Shown: positions 48,370 through 56,909 of the stretch, in pieces
Numbering within the stretch: the stretch's first letter is position 1
How the letters are laid out: every line of letters starts with the position of its first letter
Source of the DNA: an uncultured Vicinamibacteraceae bacterium
GTDB lineage: Bacteria; Acidobacteriota; Vicinamibacteria; Vicinamibacterales; UBA8438
Direction of reading: 5' to 3'
Assembly: GCA_964550305.1 (NCBI GenBank)
Contig: CAZJYU010000002.1
Span: 61,620-125,619, forward strand
Length of the DNA: 64,000 nt
The notes under the pieces: generated by a model
Database searches by the model: none
Seen by the model: the letters and a program-made list of their open reading frames with translations, nothing else
Told to the model about the DNA's origin: nothing
Translations under genes and position numbers: made by a program

Positions 48370-50706
48370 ATGGCAGTCGCGACGCGCGACCCCGTCTGCG
48401 GCATGACGGTGGATCCGGAGAAGTCCGGATTCTCGTGGGAGTACGGCGGCACGACCTACCATTTCTGTTGCGGCGGCTGTCACGCCGCGTTCCAGACGGA
48501 TCCCGAGGCCTTCCTGAAGGTCGCCGGCCCGCCGGCGACCACGGACCCTGCGCCCATGGCCACCAGGACGGCTGCGCCGACGGCGCCGGCCGGTACCGTG
48601 TACGTCTGTCCGATGTGTCCGGACGTCCGCGAAACCGAGCCGCGCCCTTGTCCCAGTTGCGGGATGGCGCTCCAGCCGCTCACGGTGACGCGGGACGAGG
48701 GACCCGATCTCGAACTGAACGAGATGACGCGCCGGTTCTGGATCGCGGCGGCGGTCGGTTTTCCGGTGTTCGCGCTGGCGATGACCGAGATGGTGGCTGG
48801 CCCCGGCGGGCTGCCGGTTTCCCGGACGGTCTCGAACTGGCTGCAACTCGTTTGCGCAACTCCGATCGTCCTGTGGGCAGGCCGTCCCTTCTTCGAACGT
48901 GCCTGGACGTCGGTGGTGAACCGCAGCCCGAACATGTTCACGCTGATCGCCCTCGGTGTGGGCGCGGCGTTCCTCTACAGCGCGGCCGCCACCATCGCTC
49001 CCGGCGCCTTCCCGGACGGTTTTCGGATGAACGGCGGCGTCGAACCGTACTTCGATACTGCGGTAGTGATCGTGGTCCTCGTGCTGCTGGGTCAGGTGCT
49101 CGAACTGCGGGCGCGCCACCGGACCGGCGCGGCGCTGCGGGCGCTGCTCGATCTCGCGCCGCCGGTCGCGCGCCGGATGACACCCGGCGCCGACGTCGAG
49201 GAGGAAGTACCCCTGGCCGAGGTCCGGGTGGGAGACATCCTGCGCGTGCGGCCGGGCGACCGGATCCCGGTGGACGGCGTCGTCACCGACGGGCGCAGTG
49301 CGGTCGATGAGTCGATGATCAGCGGCGAACCCATTCCGATCGAGAAGGACGTCGGTTCGCCGGTGGTGGGCGCTACCGTGAACGGCACCGGCAGCCTGTT
49401 GATGCGTGCGGAGCGGGTCGGGAGCGATACCCTGCTCGCCCGAATCGTCCAGATGGTGTCGGACGCCCAGCGCAGCCGCGCCCCGATTCAGCGCGTCGCA
49501 GACCGGGTGGCCGGCGTCTTCGTGCCGACTGTCGTCACGGTGGCGGCCCTCGCGTTCGTCGCCTGGTCCCTCGTCGGCCCCGAACCGCGTCTTGCTCTCG
49601 CGCTGCTGAGCGCCGTCGCGGTCCTGATCATCGCGTGTCCCTGCGCGCTCGGGCTTGCCACGCCGATGGCCATCATGGTCGGCACCGGCCGGGGCGCCAC
49701 TGCGGGCGTGCTGATCCGCGACGCCGAGGCGCTCGAGACGCTGGAGCGGGTCGACACACTGGTCGTCGACAAGACCGGCACATTGACGGAGGGCCGACCG
49801 CGCGTGGAGACGGTTGCCGGACGGCTTGCGGAAAGCGAGCTGCTGCGTCTGGCGGCGGGTCTCGAACGTACGAGCGAGCATCCGCTCGCGGCGGCCATCG
49901 TCAAGGCGGCGGAGCAGTGTGGCGCGGTAGCGGCGGCGGCTTCGGGCTTCGAATACCAGCCGGGCCGGGGCGTTAGCGGAAACGTGGAGGGCCAGCAGCT
50001 CGCGATCGGGACAGCGGCGTTTCTGGAGGAGCGCGGTGTCGACGTGGCGGCGCTGGCGGCCGATGCGGAGGAGGCCCGCGAGCGCGGCGAGACCGTCGTG
50101 TTCGTGGCCGTGAACGATCGGGCGGCGGGGATCATCGGAGTGGTCGATCCGGTGAGGGATACCGCGGCCGAAGCGGTGGCCATGCTGCGCGCGGAGGGCA
50201 TCCGCGTCGTCATGGCGACGGGCGACAACCGCGTGACGGCGGAGGCGGTGGCGGCCCGCGTGGGCATCGATACGCGCGAAGTCCATGCCGACGCCCTGCC
50301 GGCGGACAAGCGGCGGATCGTGGCGGATGAACAGGCGGCAGAGCAGGTCGTGGCAATGGCCGGCGACGGTATTAACGACGCGCCCGCGCTGGCTGAGGCA
50401 GCAGTCGGGATCGCGATGGGTACCGGGACGGAAGTCGCGATGGAGAGCGCCGGGGTCACGCTGGTGCGCGGCGACCTGCGCGGTATCGTGAGGGCGCGAC
50501 GGCTCAGCCGCGCGACGATGCGCAACGTCCGGCAGAATCTGTTCCTCGCGTTCGCGTACAACGGTGTCGGAGTACCGGTGGCGGCAGGCGTGCTCTATCC
50601 CGTAATCGGATTGCTCATCAGTCCGATCTGGGCGAGCGCGGCGATGACGATGAGCTCACTTTCGGTGATTGGGAACGCGCTGCGCTTGCGGCGCGTGGCG
50701 TTGTAG
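48370..50706 (+). CDS. Heavy-metal translocating P1B-type ATPase, copper-type, with N-terminal YHS/TRASH and CPMCP...CPSCGM metal-binding domains
   Basis: DPVCGMTVD...YHFCCGGC (YHS/TRASH), YVCPMCPDV...[13 protein letters not shown] motif ([13 protein letters not shown]), DKTGTLT phosphorylation site, GDGINDAP hinge. Confidence 0.93.
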   Translation: MAVATRDPVCGMTVDPEKSGFSWEYGGTTYHFCCGGCHAAFQTDPEAFLKVAGPPATTDPAPMATRTAAPTAPAGTVYVCPMCPDVRETEPRPCPSCGMALQPLTVTRDEGPDLELNEMTRRFWIAAAVGFPVFALAMTEMVAGPGGLPVSRTVSNWLQLVCATPIVLWAGRPFFERAWTSVVNRSPNMFTLIALGVGAAFLYSAAATIAPGAFPDGFRMNGGVEPYFDTAVVIVVLVLLGQVLELRARHRTGAALRALLDLAPPVARRMTPGADVEEEVPLAEVRVGDILRVRPGDRIPVDGVVTDGRSAVDESMISGEPIPIEKDVGSPVVGATVNGTGSLLMRAERVGSDTLLARIVQMVSDAQRSRAPIQRVADRVAGVFVPTVVTVAALAFVAWSLVGPEPRLALALLSAVAVLIIACPCALGLATPMAIMVGTGRGATAGVLIRDAEALETLERVDTLVVDKTGTLTEGRPRVETVAGRLAESELLRLAAGLERTSEHPLAAAIVKAAEQCGAVAAAASGFEYQPGRGVSGNVEGQQLAIGTAAFLEERGVDVAALAADAEEARERGETVVFVAVNDRAAGIIGVVDPVRDTAAEAVAMLRAEGIRVVMATGDNRVTAEAVAARVGIDTREVHADALPADKRRIVADEQAAEQVVAMAGDGINDAPALAEAAVGIAMGTGTEVAMESAGVTLVRGDLRGIVRARRLSRATMRNVRQNLFLAFAYNGVGVPVAAGVLYPVIGLLISPIWASAAMTMSSLSVIGNALRLRRVAL

Positions 50707-50778
50707 GGTGAGGGTGAACGCAACGCCGTCCCGGACGCAGGGCGGGGGCGAGGCCGGAGGGTCGCGGTAACGGGTGCT

Positions 50779-51141
50779 CTATACGCGGAAACGATCGCGC
50801 TCGCGTTGGCGGAAGGCGCCGATGAACATCGACATGAGGCCGACGAGCACGGCGCCCGCCATCGCCCACAAGAACGACGCCACCTGGAAGCCAGGCACGA
50901 TCCAGGCGGCGAGCGCGAACGCGAAGCCGTTGATCACGACGTAGAAGATCCCGAGGGTCATCACCGTCAGCGGCAGGGTCAGGATGATCAGGACCGGCTT
51001 GACCACGCTGTTGACGAAGCCGAGCACGAGCGCCGCGACGGCCAGCGCAGCCATTGAGTCGATACTGACGCCGGGCAGCACCCACGCGACGGCCCCGAGC
51101 GCGATGCCGGTCGTCAGCCAGTGGAGGAAGAACCACTTCAT
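50779..51141 (-). CDS. Phage holin family 4 / DUF360-like small membrane protein
   Basis: MKWFFLHWLTTGIALGAVAWVLPGV... with four hydrophobic segments. The start ATG overlaps the upstream gene's stop (ATGA). Confidence 0.72.
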   Translation of the reverse strand: MKWFFLHWLTTGIALGAVAWVLPGVSIDSMAALAVAALVLGFVNSVVKPVLIILTLPLTVMTLGIFYVVINGFAFALAAWIVPGFQVASFLWAMAGAVLVGLMSMFIGAFRQRERDRFRV

Positions 51142-52751
51142 CGGAAGAGGACTCCCGGGGCCAGCACGCCGTCTGGATCGAGCGCCGCCTTGACGGCGCG
51201 CATCTCGTTGATGCCGGCGTCGCCGTACAACTGCCTCAGCAGTGCCTGCTTCACCGCGTTCCGTCCGACGCCATGTTCCGCCAGCGGTGATCCGCCCAGG
51301 CGGACAATCCTGCGGCCACACTCCAGGAGTGCCTCGCGGCCCCGCGTCACATCGTCGAGTGTACGCGGGATCACGTTAGGGTGCACGTTGCCGTCGGAAA
51401 TGTGCCCCCAGATGGCGTAATCGAGGTTGCGTGCGCCAAACGCGCTGCGAAACAGGGCGAGGCTCTCCGCAAACCGGTCGAACGGAACGATCATGTCCGC
51501 GGCCGTCTTCGAGATCGACGTGCCCGTCCGCCGTTTCGCTTCCCCGACGCGCCGGTTCACGCCCTCCGGAGCGGCTTCTCGCAGGGCAAGGAGAGCTGCT
51601 TGCCGCCGCGTGTCGCCTGGCAGCACGATCTCCGTACGGTCGAGCGCGCCGGCTTCCGCGAGCACACGGCAGAGGCGAACCAGCGGCCGGTCGGGCGCGT
51701 CGGCCGCCAACGCTCCGGCGATTTCCCCGTAAGCGGACGCCGGGTCAGAGGCGGCGGAATCACCTGGCACTTCCAACTGCGCGATCAGCGCCGCGGCCGC
51801 GTCGTCCGGCAAGTCGACGCCCAGGCGCTGCGGGGCGCCATCCTCGCGCGTTATCGCGAGGCTCCGCGCGTCGAGATGCTCAATCGCCGCTATGTCGACT
51901 CCCTCGGCGCCGTCACTCGCCCGGCAGGCCAGGCCCGTGTCGCGCAAGCAGCCCGCGAGCGCTATCGCTGCCGCCTCGGTGGCAACGGGGATCCACAGCA
52001 CCCCGCGGCGAGGCGCCGGCGTGATGACCGCGAACGTGATGTCCGTGATCACGCCGAGCGTGCCCTCCGAGCCGATGAACAGATCGATCAAGTCCATTTC
52101 CGGTTCGGCGAAGTAGCCGGCGGAACACTTCACAACGTTCGGCATTCGGTAGGTGGGCACCGGGACACGCCGGACGCCGCCCGCGGACTCGACCTCGAAC
52201 CATCCTTCGATATGCGCGGTCGTCTGGCCTCGCCTTATGTCGAGCACGTCACCGGACGCGAGGACGACAGTCAGCCCCCGCACCCAGTCGCGCGTCGTGC
52301 CGTACTTGAAGGTAGCGGCCCCCGCCGCGTTCGTCGCGACGACGCCTCCCGCGAACGCGCCGTCAAAAGTCGGCGCCGGCGGATAGAACGCATCACCTCG
52401 CGCCAGGGCCGCCTGCAGGGTTGCGATCGGGACGCCCGCCTCGACGGTGATCGCATCGCCGCCGAGGCGGCCAATCCGGTCGAATCGCTGCATGTCGACC
52501 ACGACCTCACCCATTGGTGTAGCCCCGCCCGTGAGAGACGACTGCGCGCCAATCGGCAGGATGCGTGCGCCGCTGGCGACCAGCGCCGCCACGTCCGCCT
52601 CCGAGGCGGGGCGGGCGATGCCCGCCGCATGTCCGCCGGGAAAGTGCGCGGCATCCTCGAGGTGCACGGCCACCGACTCGTTGTCGGTGCGGATCACGGT
52701 CTCGCCCGCCAGCCCGCGCGCCGCGCGCGTCCGGATTCGGTGGTCAGGCAT
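51138..52751 (-). CDS. FAD-linked oxidase (GlcD/D-lactate dehydrogenase-like)
   Basis: FAD_binding_4-like ILPIGAQSSLTGGATP and a C-terminal FAD-oxidase domain ending HGVGRNAVKQ. The start is ATG 52751, or alternatively 52772. The rest of the track ORF is Pro/Arg-rich. Confidence 0.85.
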   Translation of the reverse strand: MPDHRIRTRAARGLAGETVIRTDNESVAVHLEDAAHFPGGHAAGIARPASEADVAALVASGARILPIGAQSSLTGGATPMGEVVVDMQRFDRIGRLGGDAITVEAGVPIATLQAALARGDAFYPPAPTFDGAFAGGVVATNAAGAATFKYGTTRDWVRGLTVVLASGDVLDIRRGQTTAHIEGWFEVESAGGVRRVPVPTYRMPNVVKCSAGYFAEPEMDLIDLFIGSEGTLGVITDITFAVITPAPRRGVLWIPVATEAAAIALAGCLRDTGLACRASDGAEGVDIAAIEHLDARSLAITREDGAPQRLGVDLPDDAAAALIAQLEVPGDSAASDPASAYGEIAGALAADAPDRPLVRLCRVLAEAGALDRTEIVLPGDTRRQAALLALREAAPEGVNRRVGEAKRRTGTSISKTAADMIVPFDRFAESLALFRSAFGARNLDYAIWGHISDGNVHPNVIPRTLDDVTRGREALLECGRRIVRLGGSPLAEHGVGRNAVKQALLRQLYGDAGINEMRAVKAALDPDGVLAPGVLFR

Positions 52752-52807
52752 CGGGCCGGCATTATCCCGCATGGACGCGGGTGTGGCCGGGGTGTACAGT
52801 CGGACCC

Positions 52808-53869
52808 ATGACGCATGCACTCCGGCGGCGCACGCGCGGACCGGCGTGCGCGCTGACGATGGCGGTGGCTTTCCTGCTCGCGGCCGGCGGCTCGATGGCG
52901 CGTGCGCAACAGGCGGATGACGACGTGGTTGCACGCATCGGCGACATCGAGGTGACGTTCGGTGAGCTGGAGGCGGCGTGGCAGCAGAACGACGCGGCGT
53001 CGCGCCTTCGGATGTTGCAGGACCTGTACGAAACGCGGCGTCGCGCGCTGGATATTCTGGTCGGCGACCGGCTGATCGACCGCGAGGCGCAGGCACGCGG
53101 CATGACCCGGGACGAACTGCTCATCACGGAGCTGCCCAGCCGGACGCTGGAGGTGACGGAGGAGGAGATTCAGTTGATTTGGGAACGGAACCGGGAGCGT
53201 TTCCCGGACCAGACCCTGGAGGATTTCCGGCCCGAGATCGTTGCTGCCATTGAGCGGCAGCGGCCGATGCAGGCGTTGCACGCCTACACGAACGAGCTGC
53301 GCGAAGCGGCAGGCGACATCGACGTGTTGCTCGCACCCCCCCGGCAGCAGATCGACGTGCTGCCCCAGGATCCCGTGCGCGGCCCGGCCGATGCACCTAT
53401 CGAGATCGTGGAGTTCTCGGACTTCGACTGTCCTTTCTGCCAGCGCGCGACCGAGACGATCGACCGGCTGCTCGAGGACTTTGCCGGCCAGATCCGTTTC
53501 ATCTACAAGGACTACCCGCTGCCGACGCACCCGGACGCGTTCAAGGCGGCCGAGGCGGGCAACTGCGCGCACGAACAGGACCGTTTCTGGGAGTTGCACG
53601 ACACGATGTTCGCGAATCAGGGAGCCCTCGGCATCGACGAGCTGCACGCCTACGCCGAGAGCATCGGCCTGGATACCGAGGCGTTCGCCGAGTGTCTGGA
53701 CAGCGGGCGCCATGCCGCCAGCGTCGAGCGGGACGTGGCCATCGGCAACGGCTACGGCGTCCAGTCCACGCCGACCCTCTTTGTCAACGGCCGGTCTGTC
53801 ATCGGCGCCGCACCGTACGAGACCTTCGTCGAGATCATCCGCGAGGAACTGGCCGCCGCCGAGCGGTAG
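52808..53869 (+). CDS. DsbA-family thiol:disulfide oxidoreductase with N-terminal SurA-N-like chaperone region
   Basis: Signal peptide, a helical N-terminal region, then the thioredoxin domain FSDFDCPFCQRA...STPTLFVNG. Confidence 0.85.
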   Translation: MTHALRRRTRGPACALTMAVAFLLAAGGSMARAQQADDDVVARIGDIEVTFGELEAAWQQNDAASRLRMLQDLYETRRRALDILVGDRLIDREAQARGMTRDELLITELPSRTLEVTEEEIQLIWERNRERFPDQTLEDFRPEIVAAIERQRPMQALHAYTNELREAAGDIDVLLAPPRQQIDVLPQDPVRGPADAPIEIVEFSDFDCPFCQRATETIDRLLEDFAGQIRFIYKDYPLPTHPDAFKAAEAGNCAHEQDRFWELHDTMFANQGALGIDELHAYAESIGLDTEAFAECLDSGRHAASVERDVAIGNGYGVQSTPTLFVNGRSVIGAAPYETFVEIIREELAAAER

Positions 53870-53870
53870 G

Positions 53871-54239
53871 GTGACGGTGCCCGGCATCCTGCGCAGCGTG
53901 ATCCTGGCCGCCGCCCTGGTGTCGGCCGCGTGCGGGGCCACCGAGGAAGGCGCCGGCGTCGCCGGGGAAGCGGCGTCGCCGGCAGCGCTCTCCCCACAGC
54001 GTCCTGCGGTCGTCGCCAGTCCGGGCGAGGAAGGTGAAGTGGCCCGTTTCCAACGCCTCAGCGTCGAGGCGCTTCGCCTGATGATCGAGGCGGCGCAGCG
54101 GGCGCTGCCGATCGGCCCGGTCCAGGATCGGATCAACGCCGCGCGCCGCCTCGTGCCGACGGACCCTGCCGAGGCCGCCGACCAGCTGGAAGCGGTCGTG
54201 GCGGACCTGAAGGCGATGCTGGAAGCCTCGCTGAACTGA
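53871..54239 (+). CDS. Hypothetical lipoprotein
   Basis: GTG start 2 nt after the dsbA-like stop. Lipobox-like LVSAAC, followed by a helical Ala/Glu-rich region. Confidence 0.45.
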   Translation: MTVPGILRSVILAAALVSAACGATEEGAGVAGEAASPAALSPQRPAVVASPGEEGEVARFQRLSVEALRLMIEAAQRALPIGPVQDRINAARRLVPTDPAEAADQLEAVVADLKAMLEASLN

Positions 54240-54309
54240 ACAGCTTGCGGCGGCAAGTTCCACGCGGGCATGTCAACATCCCCTACGTTGACTCGCGCTG
54301 GCCCCTGAG

Positions 54310-54597
54310 ATGAGAACACTAACCGACGCAGCGGGTGTGCTGGCGTTCATGAAGCGTATCGGACAGGGATCGCGGGGCCCGGGTCGCGTCTATCTGGTGG
54401 GGGGAAGTTCAGCAGTTCTGATGGGGTGGCGGGCGACGACGATCGATATCGACGTCAAGCTCGATCCGGAGCCGGAAGGAGCATGGACCGCAGCCGCTTC
54501 ATCGAGCGTTACGGAGAGCTTCCTTCGCGCGTGCGTTGGAACGGCTCAACGGATGCGCGGGCGGGGCAGCTCGCGCGACGACGAACAACAGCCGTGA
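54310..54597 (+). pseudogene. Possible remnant of a DUF6036/MNT-type nucleotidyltransferase gene
   Basis: The first ~56 codons (GRVYLVGGSSAVLMGWRATTIDIDVKLDPEPEG) look like the N-terminal half of a minimal nucleotidyltransferase. The frame then becomes nonsense. A C-terminal-like piece (DRSRFIERYGELPS) appears in the frame of track ORF 54426..54830. Confidence 0.35.
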
Positions 54598-54603
54598 TGG
54601 GGG

Positions 54604-55350
54604 TCAGTTGCCGGTCAGCAACGACGCCTCTTCCGCGAGCCAGGCCTCGTAGTCGGCTTCCGTCATCACGCTCGCGAAGCCGCGCATGCGGTAATGGCCG
54701 AGGCCGCAGAGCTGGGAACAGTTCACCTCGTAATCGCCCACCTCGGTCGGCACCCACCAGACCGGCACCTGGATGCCGGGGACCGCATCCTGTTTCACGC
54801 GCATCTCGGCAATGGCGAAACTGTGGATGACGTCCTGCGACGACAGGTAGACGATGATCGGCTTGTCGACCGGCATGTTCAACTGGTTGACGGTGACGAT
54901 GTCGTCGGCGCCGTTCGGAGAGTTCCGATCGAGGCCGATCACGTTGGTGGGAGTGGTCAGGCTGATGTCGCGCAACCCGAAACGGCCGTCCGCGCCGGGG
55001 TAGTGCGAAACCCACTCGAACTGCTTGGAAATCAGATTGACGACGGTTGCTTCGCCTTCCGGCGGGATGTCGTTGACGCGGTGCGCCCACGCCGGGATGG
55101 CGAAGCCGACGAGCAGGACCGCCTCGATGGCCGCCACCGCCCACTCCAGGTAGGTGGAGGTGTGGCTGGTGACCCCGGTGTAGTCGGCCTTCGGGTTCGC
55201 GCTCGCGCGGAACCGGAACAGCGTGTAAACGTAAAAGGCTCCCCACCCGACGAACAGCACCGCCATCAGGTAGTGGATGAGGATGATCATCTGATCGATC
55301 TCGCCGGCGTGAGCCGACGCCTGGCTTGGCAGTCCGAGCAACTCGCCCAT
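54604..55350 (-). CDS. coxB: Cytochrome c oxidase subunit II (CuA subunit, no fused cytochrome c)
   Basis: Two N-terminal TM helices and a cupredoxin domain with VIHSF...CSQLCGLGHYRM (CuA ligands H, C, C, H, M). Confidence 0.9.
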   Translation of the reverse strand: MGELLGLPSQASAHAGEIDQMIILIHYLMAVLFVGWGAFYVYTLFRFRASANPKADYTGVTSHTSTYLEWAVAAIEAVLLVGFAIPAWAHRVNDIPPEGEATVVNLISKQFEWVSHYPGADGRFGLRDISLTTPTNVIGLDRNSPNGADDIVTVNQLNMPVDKPIIVYLSSQDVIHSFAIAEMRVKQDAVPGIQVPVWWVPTEVGDYEVNCSQLCGLGHYRMRGFASVMTEADYEAWLAEEASLLTGN

Positions 55351-55629
55351 CTACGAAATCCCTCCCGCATCGCCGCGGTCGTCCCTGGCGTCGAATGCGT
55401 CGTCGTTCCCGAGCGCTTGCCGGGACCGTTTCAGCAAATGAAAGATAAAGCCCACGAAGCCGCTCAGCACGCCGCCGGTGACGCCGAGCAGCGTGAACAC
55501 CGCCCAGTTCAGGCTCTGCGCTTCGGCAGAGTCCGGATCACCGCCGAAGCAGATGGGACAGGCCCACGCCACTGCGGGCGCGAGCGTGACGAGCGCGGTC
55601 GTCATCATCGCCGTCGTGAGTTTCGTCAT
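55351..55629 (-). CDS. Small membrane protein with periplasmic CPICFG motif
   Basis: Signal/anchor MTKLTTAMMTTALVTLAPAVAWA, then CPICFGG and a TM (WAVFTLLGVTGGVLSGFVGFIFHLL). GGAGGG RBS. The stop TAG directly abuts the coxB ATG. Confidence 0.55.
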   Translation of the reverse strand: MTKLTTAMMTTALVTLAPAVAWACPICFGGDPDSAEAQSLNWAVFTLLGVTGGVLSGFVGFIFHLLKRSRQALGNDDAFDARDDRGDAGGIS

Positions 55630-55649
55630 GGCAACACCCTCCGGGAGAT

Positions 55650-55859
55650 TCAGCGCATCCCGATGGCCCGCGTCTTCCGGACGAACAGCACCGCGTAGAT
55701 CACCATTCCAATCACCGCCGCGAGCGACCCGCCGGCGAACAACAGGTAGCCATTGCCACCTCGCCCCGTCGTGAACATCGCCACGCTCCACCAGGTCATC
55801 AGCGCCGCCAGCAGGATGGAGGCGACGATGAAGACGAGATGAATGGATCGGAGCGACAT
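55650..55859 (-). CDS. Small two-TM hypothetical membrane protein
   Basis: IHLVFIVASILLAALMTWW and LLFAGGSLAAVIGMVIYAVLF. Located inside the cox operon. Weak RBS. Confidence 0.45.
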   Translation of the reverse strand: MSLRSIHLVFIVASILLAALMTWWSVAMFTTGRGGNGYLLFAGGSLAAVIGMVIYAVLFVRKTRAIGMR

Positions 55860-55888
55860 GGGGAGCCCTGGCTCTTGCGTTCGCTTCC

Positions 55889-56233
55889 TCAGTGCTGCGC
55901 CGCCGCGGGCGCCGGCGCATTGGCGTTCGGCACCGTGTAGTACTCGCCCAACCGGTCCGCGTGGCCGAGGAGCGGTAGGAAGATGAGCGCCAGGAAGAAG
56001 ATCACGGTCAGGATCAACGACCAGTAGATCATCTTCCGCTCGCCGATGAGGTGCATGAAGAAGCTGGCCACCAGCGAGCCCTTGGTCCCCGCGATGATCA
56101 GGGCCACGATGACCGCGATCGGCACGCCCCAGAAGTCGACGTAGGACACCGCCACCGTAATTACGGTCAGCACGCCGAGCGCGGCCGCCACCTTCATATA
56201 CGTCCGAATGTGCGCGTGAACGTCTTCACTCAT
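55889..56233 (-). CDS. Cytochrome c oxidase subunit IV (prokaryotic COX4 family)
   Basis: HIRTYMKVAAALGVLTVITV...GTKGSLVASFFMHL pattern. 3 TM segments. Confidence 0.75.
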   Translation of the reverse strand: MSEDVHAHIRTYMKVAAALGVLTVITVAVSYVDFWGVPIAVIVALIIAGTKGSLVASFFMHLIGERKMIYWSLILTVIFFLALIFLPLLGHADRLGEYYTVPNANAPAPAAAQH

Positions 56234-56261
56234 GGGTTCGCTCGTTGTCCTCCGCCGACGC

Positions 56262-56858
56262 CTACAACAGGTAAAGCACCGGAAACAGGAAAATCCATAC
56301 CAGGTCGACGAAGTGCCAATAAAGCCCCGCCGCCTCGATCCGGTTAACGAACTGGGCCTTGTTCGTCTCCCACATCTTCGAGCCGGGGAACAGGAAGTAG
56401 GTGTTGACGATCACGCCGCCGATGATGTGCAGGGCATGCAGTCCGGTCATCGTGAAGTAGATGGCCAGATAGGTGCTCGTCCACGGGAAGTTGCCGAGCT
56501 CGAATTCGTGGTTGTACTCGTACGCCTTGACGGCCATGAAGAGGAGCGACAGGAGGATGGTCGCCCCCATGTACTTCCTGTAGCCGCCCAGGTCATCCAT
56601 CTTGAGCGACGCAAAGGCCATCACCATCGTGACGCTCGACCCGATCAGCACCGCCGTGTTGAAGGTCCCGACCGGAACGTTCAGCACGTCCACGCCGAAC
56701 GGCCACGTGCCCTCCGGCGCCATCAGTCGCAGCAGGACGTAGGAAGAGAAGAGCGCGCCGAAGAGCATTACCTCGGACGCGAGAAAGAGCCAGATACCCA
56801 GCTTGACGTTGGTCAATCCGGTATCCGGCCGTTCATCAACGATGTACGGAATATCCAT
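56262..56858 (-). CDS. coxC: Cytochrome c oxidase subunit III
   Basis: [18 protein letters not shown]..., [14 protein letters not shown] and [13 protein letters not shown]. Confidence 0.9.
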   Translation of the reverse strand: MDIPYIVDERPDTGLTNVKLGIWLFLASEVMLFGALFSSYVLLRLMAPEGTWPFGVDVLNVPVGTFNTAVLIGSSVTMVMAFASLKMDDLGGYRKYMGATILLSLLFMAVKAYEYNHEFELGNFPWTSTYLAIYFTMTGLHALHIIGGVIVNTYFLFPGSKMWETNKAQFVNRIEAAGLYWHFVDLVWIFLFPVLYLL

Positions 56859-56909
56859 GTCTCGACGTGCTGACCTGTGTCCTTTGTTCGTCCGTTCGCG
56901 GGCCTTCCG

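Noticed and set aside
47521-50286. 921-aa ORF on the minus strand
   Set aside because: It is entirely antisense to the P-type ATPase and PDO genes, which have unambiguous motifs. The product is Arg/Gly/His/Asp-rich with no motifs. This is the typical shadow ORF of high-GC DNA.
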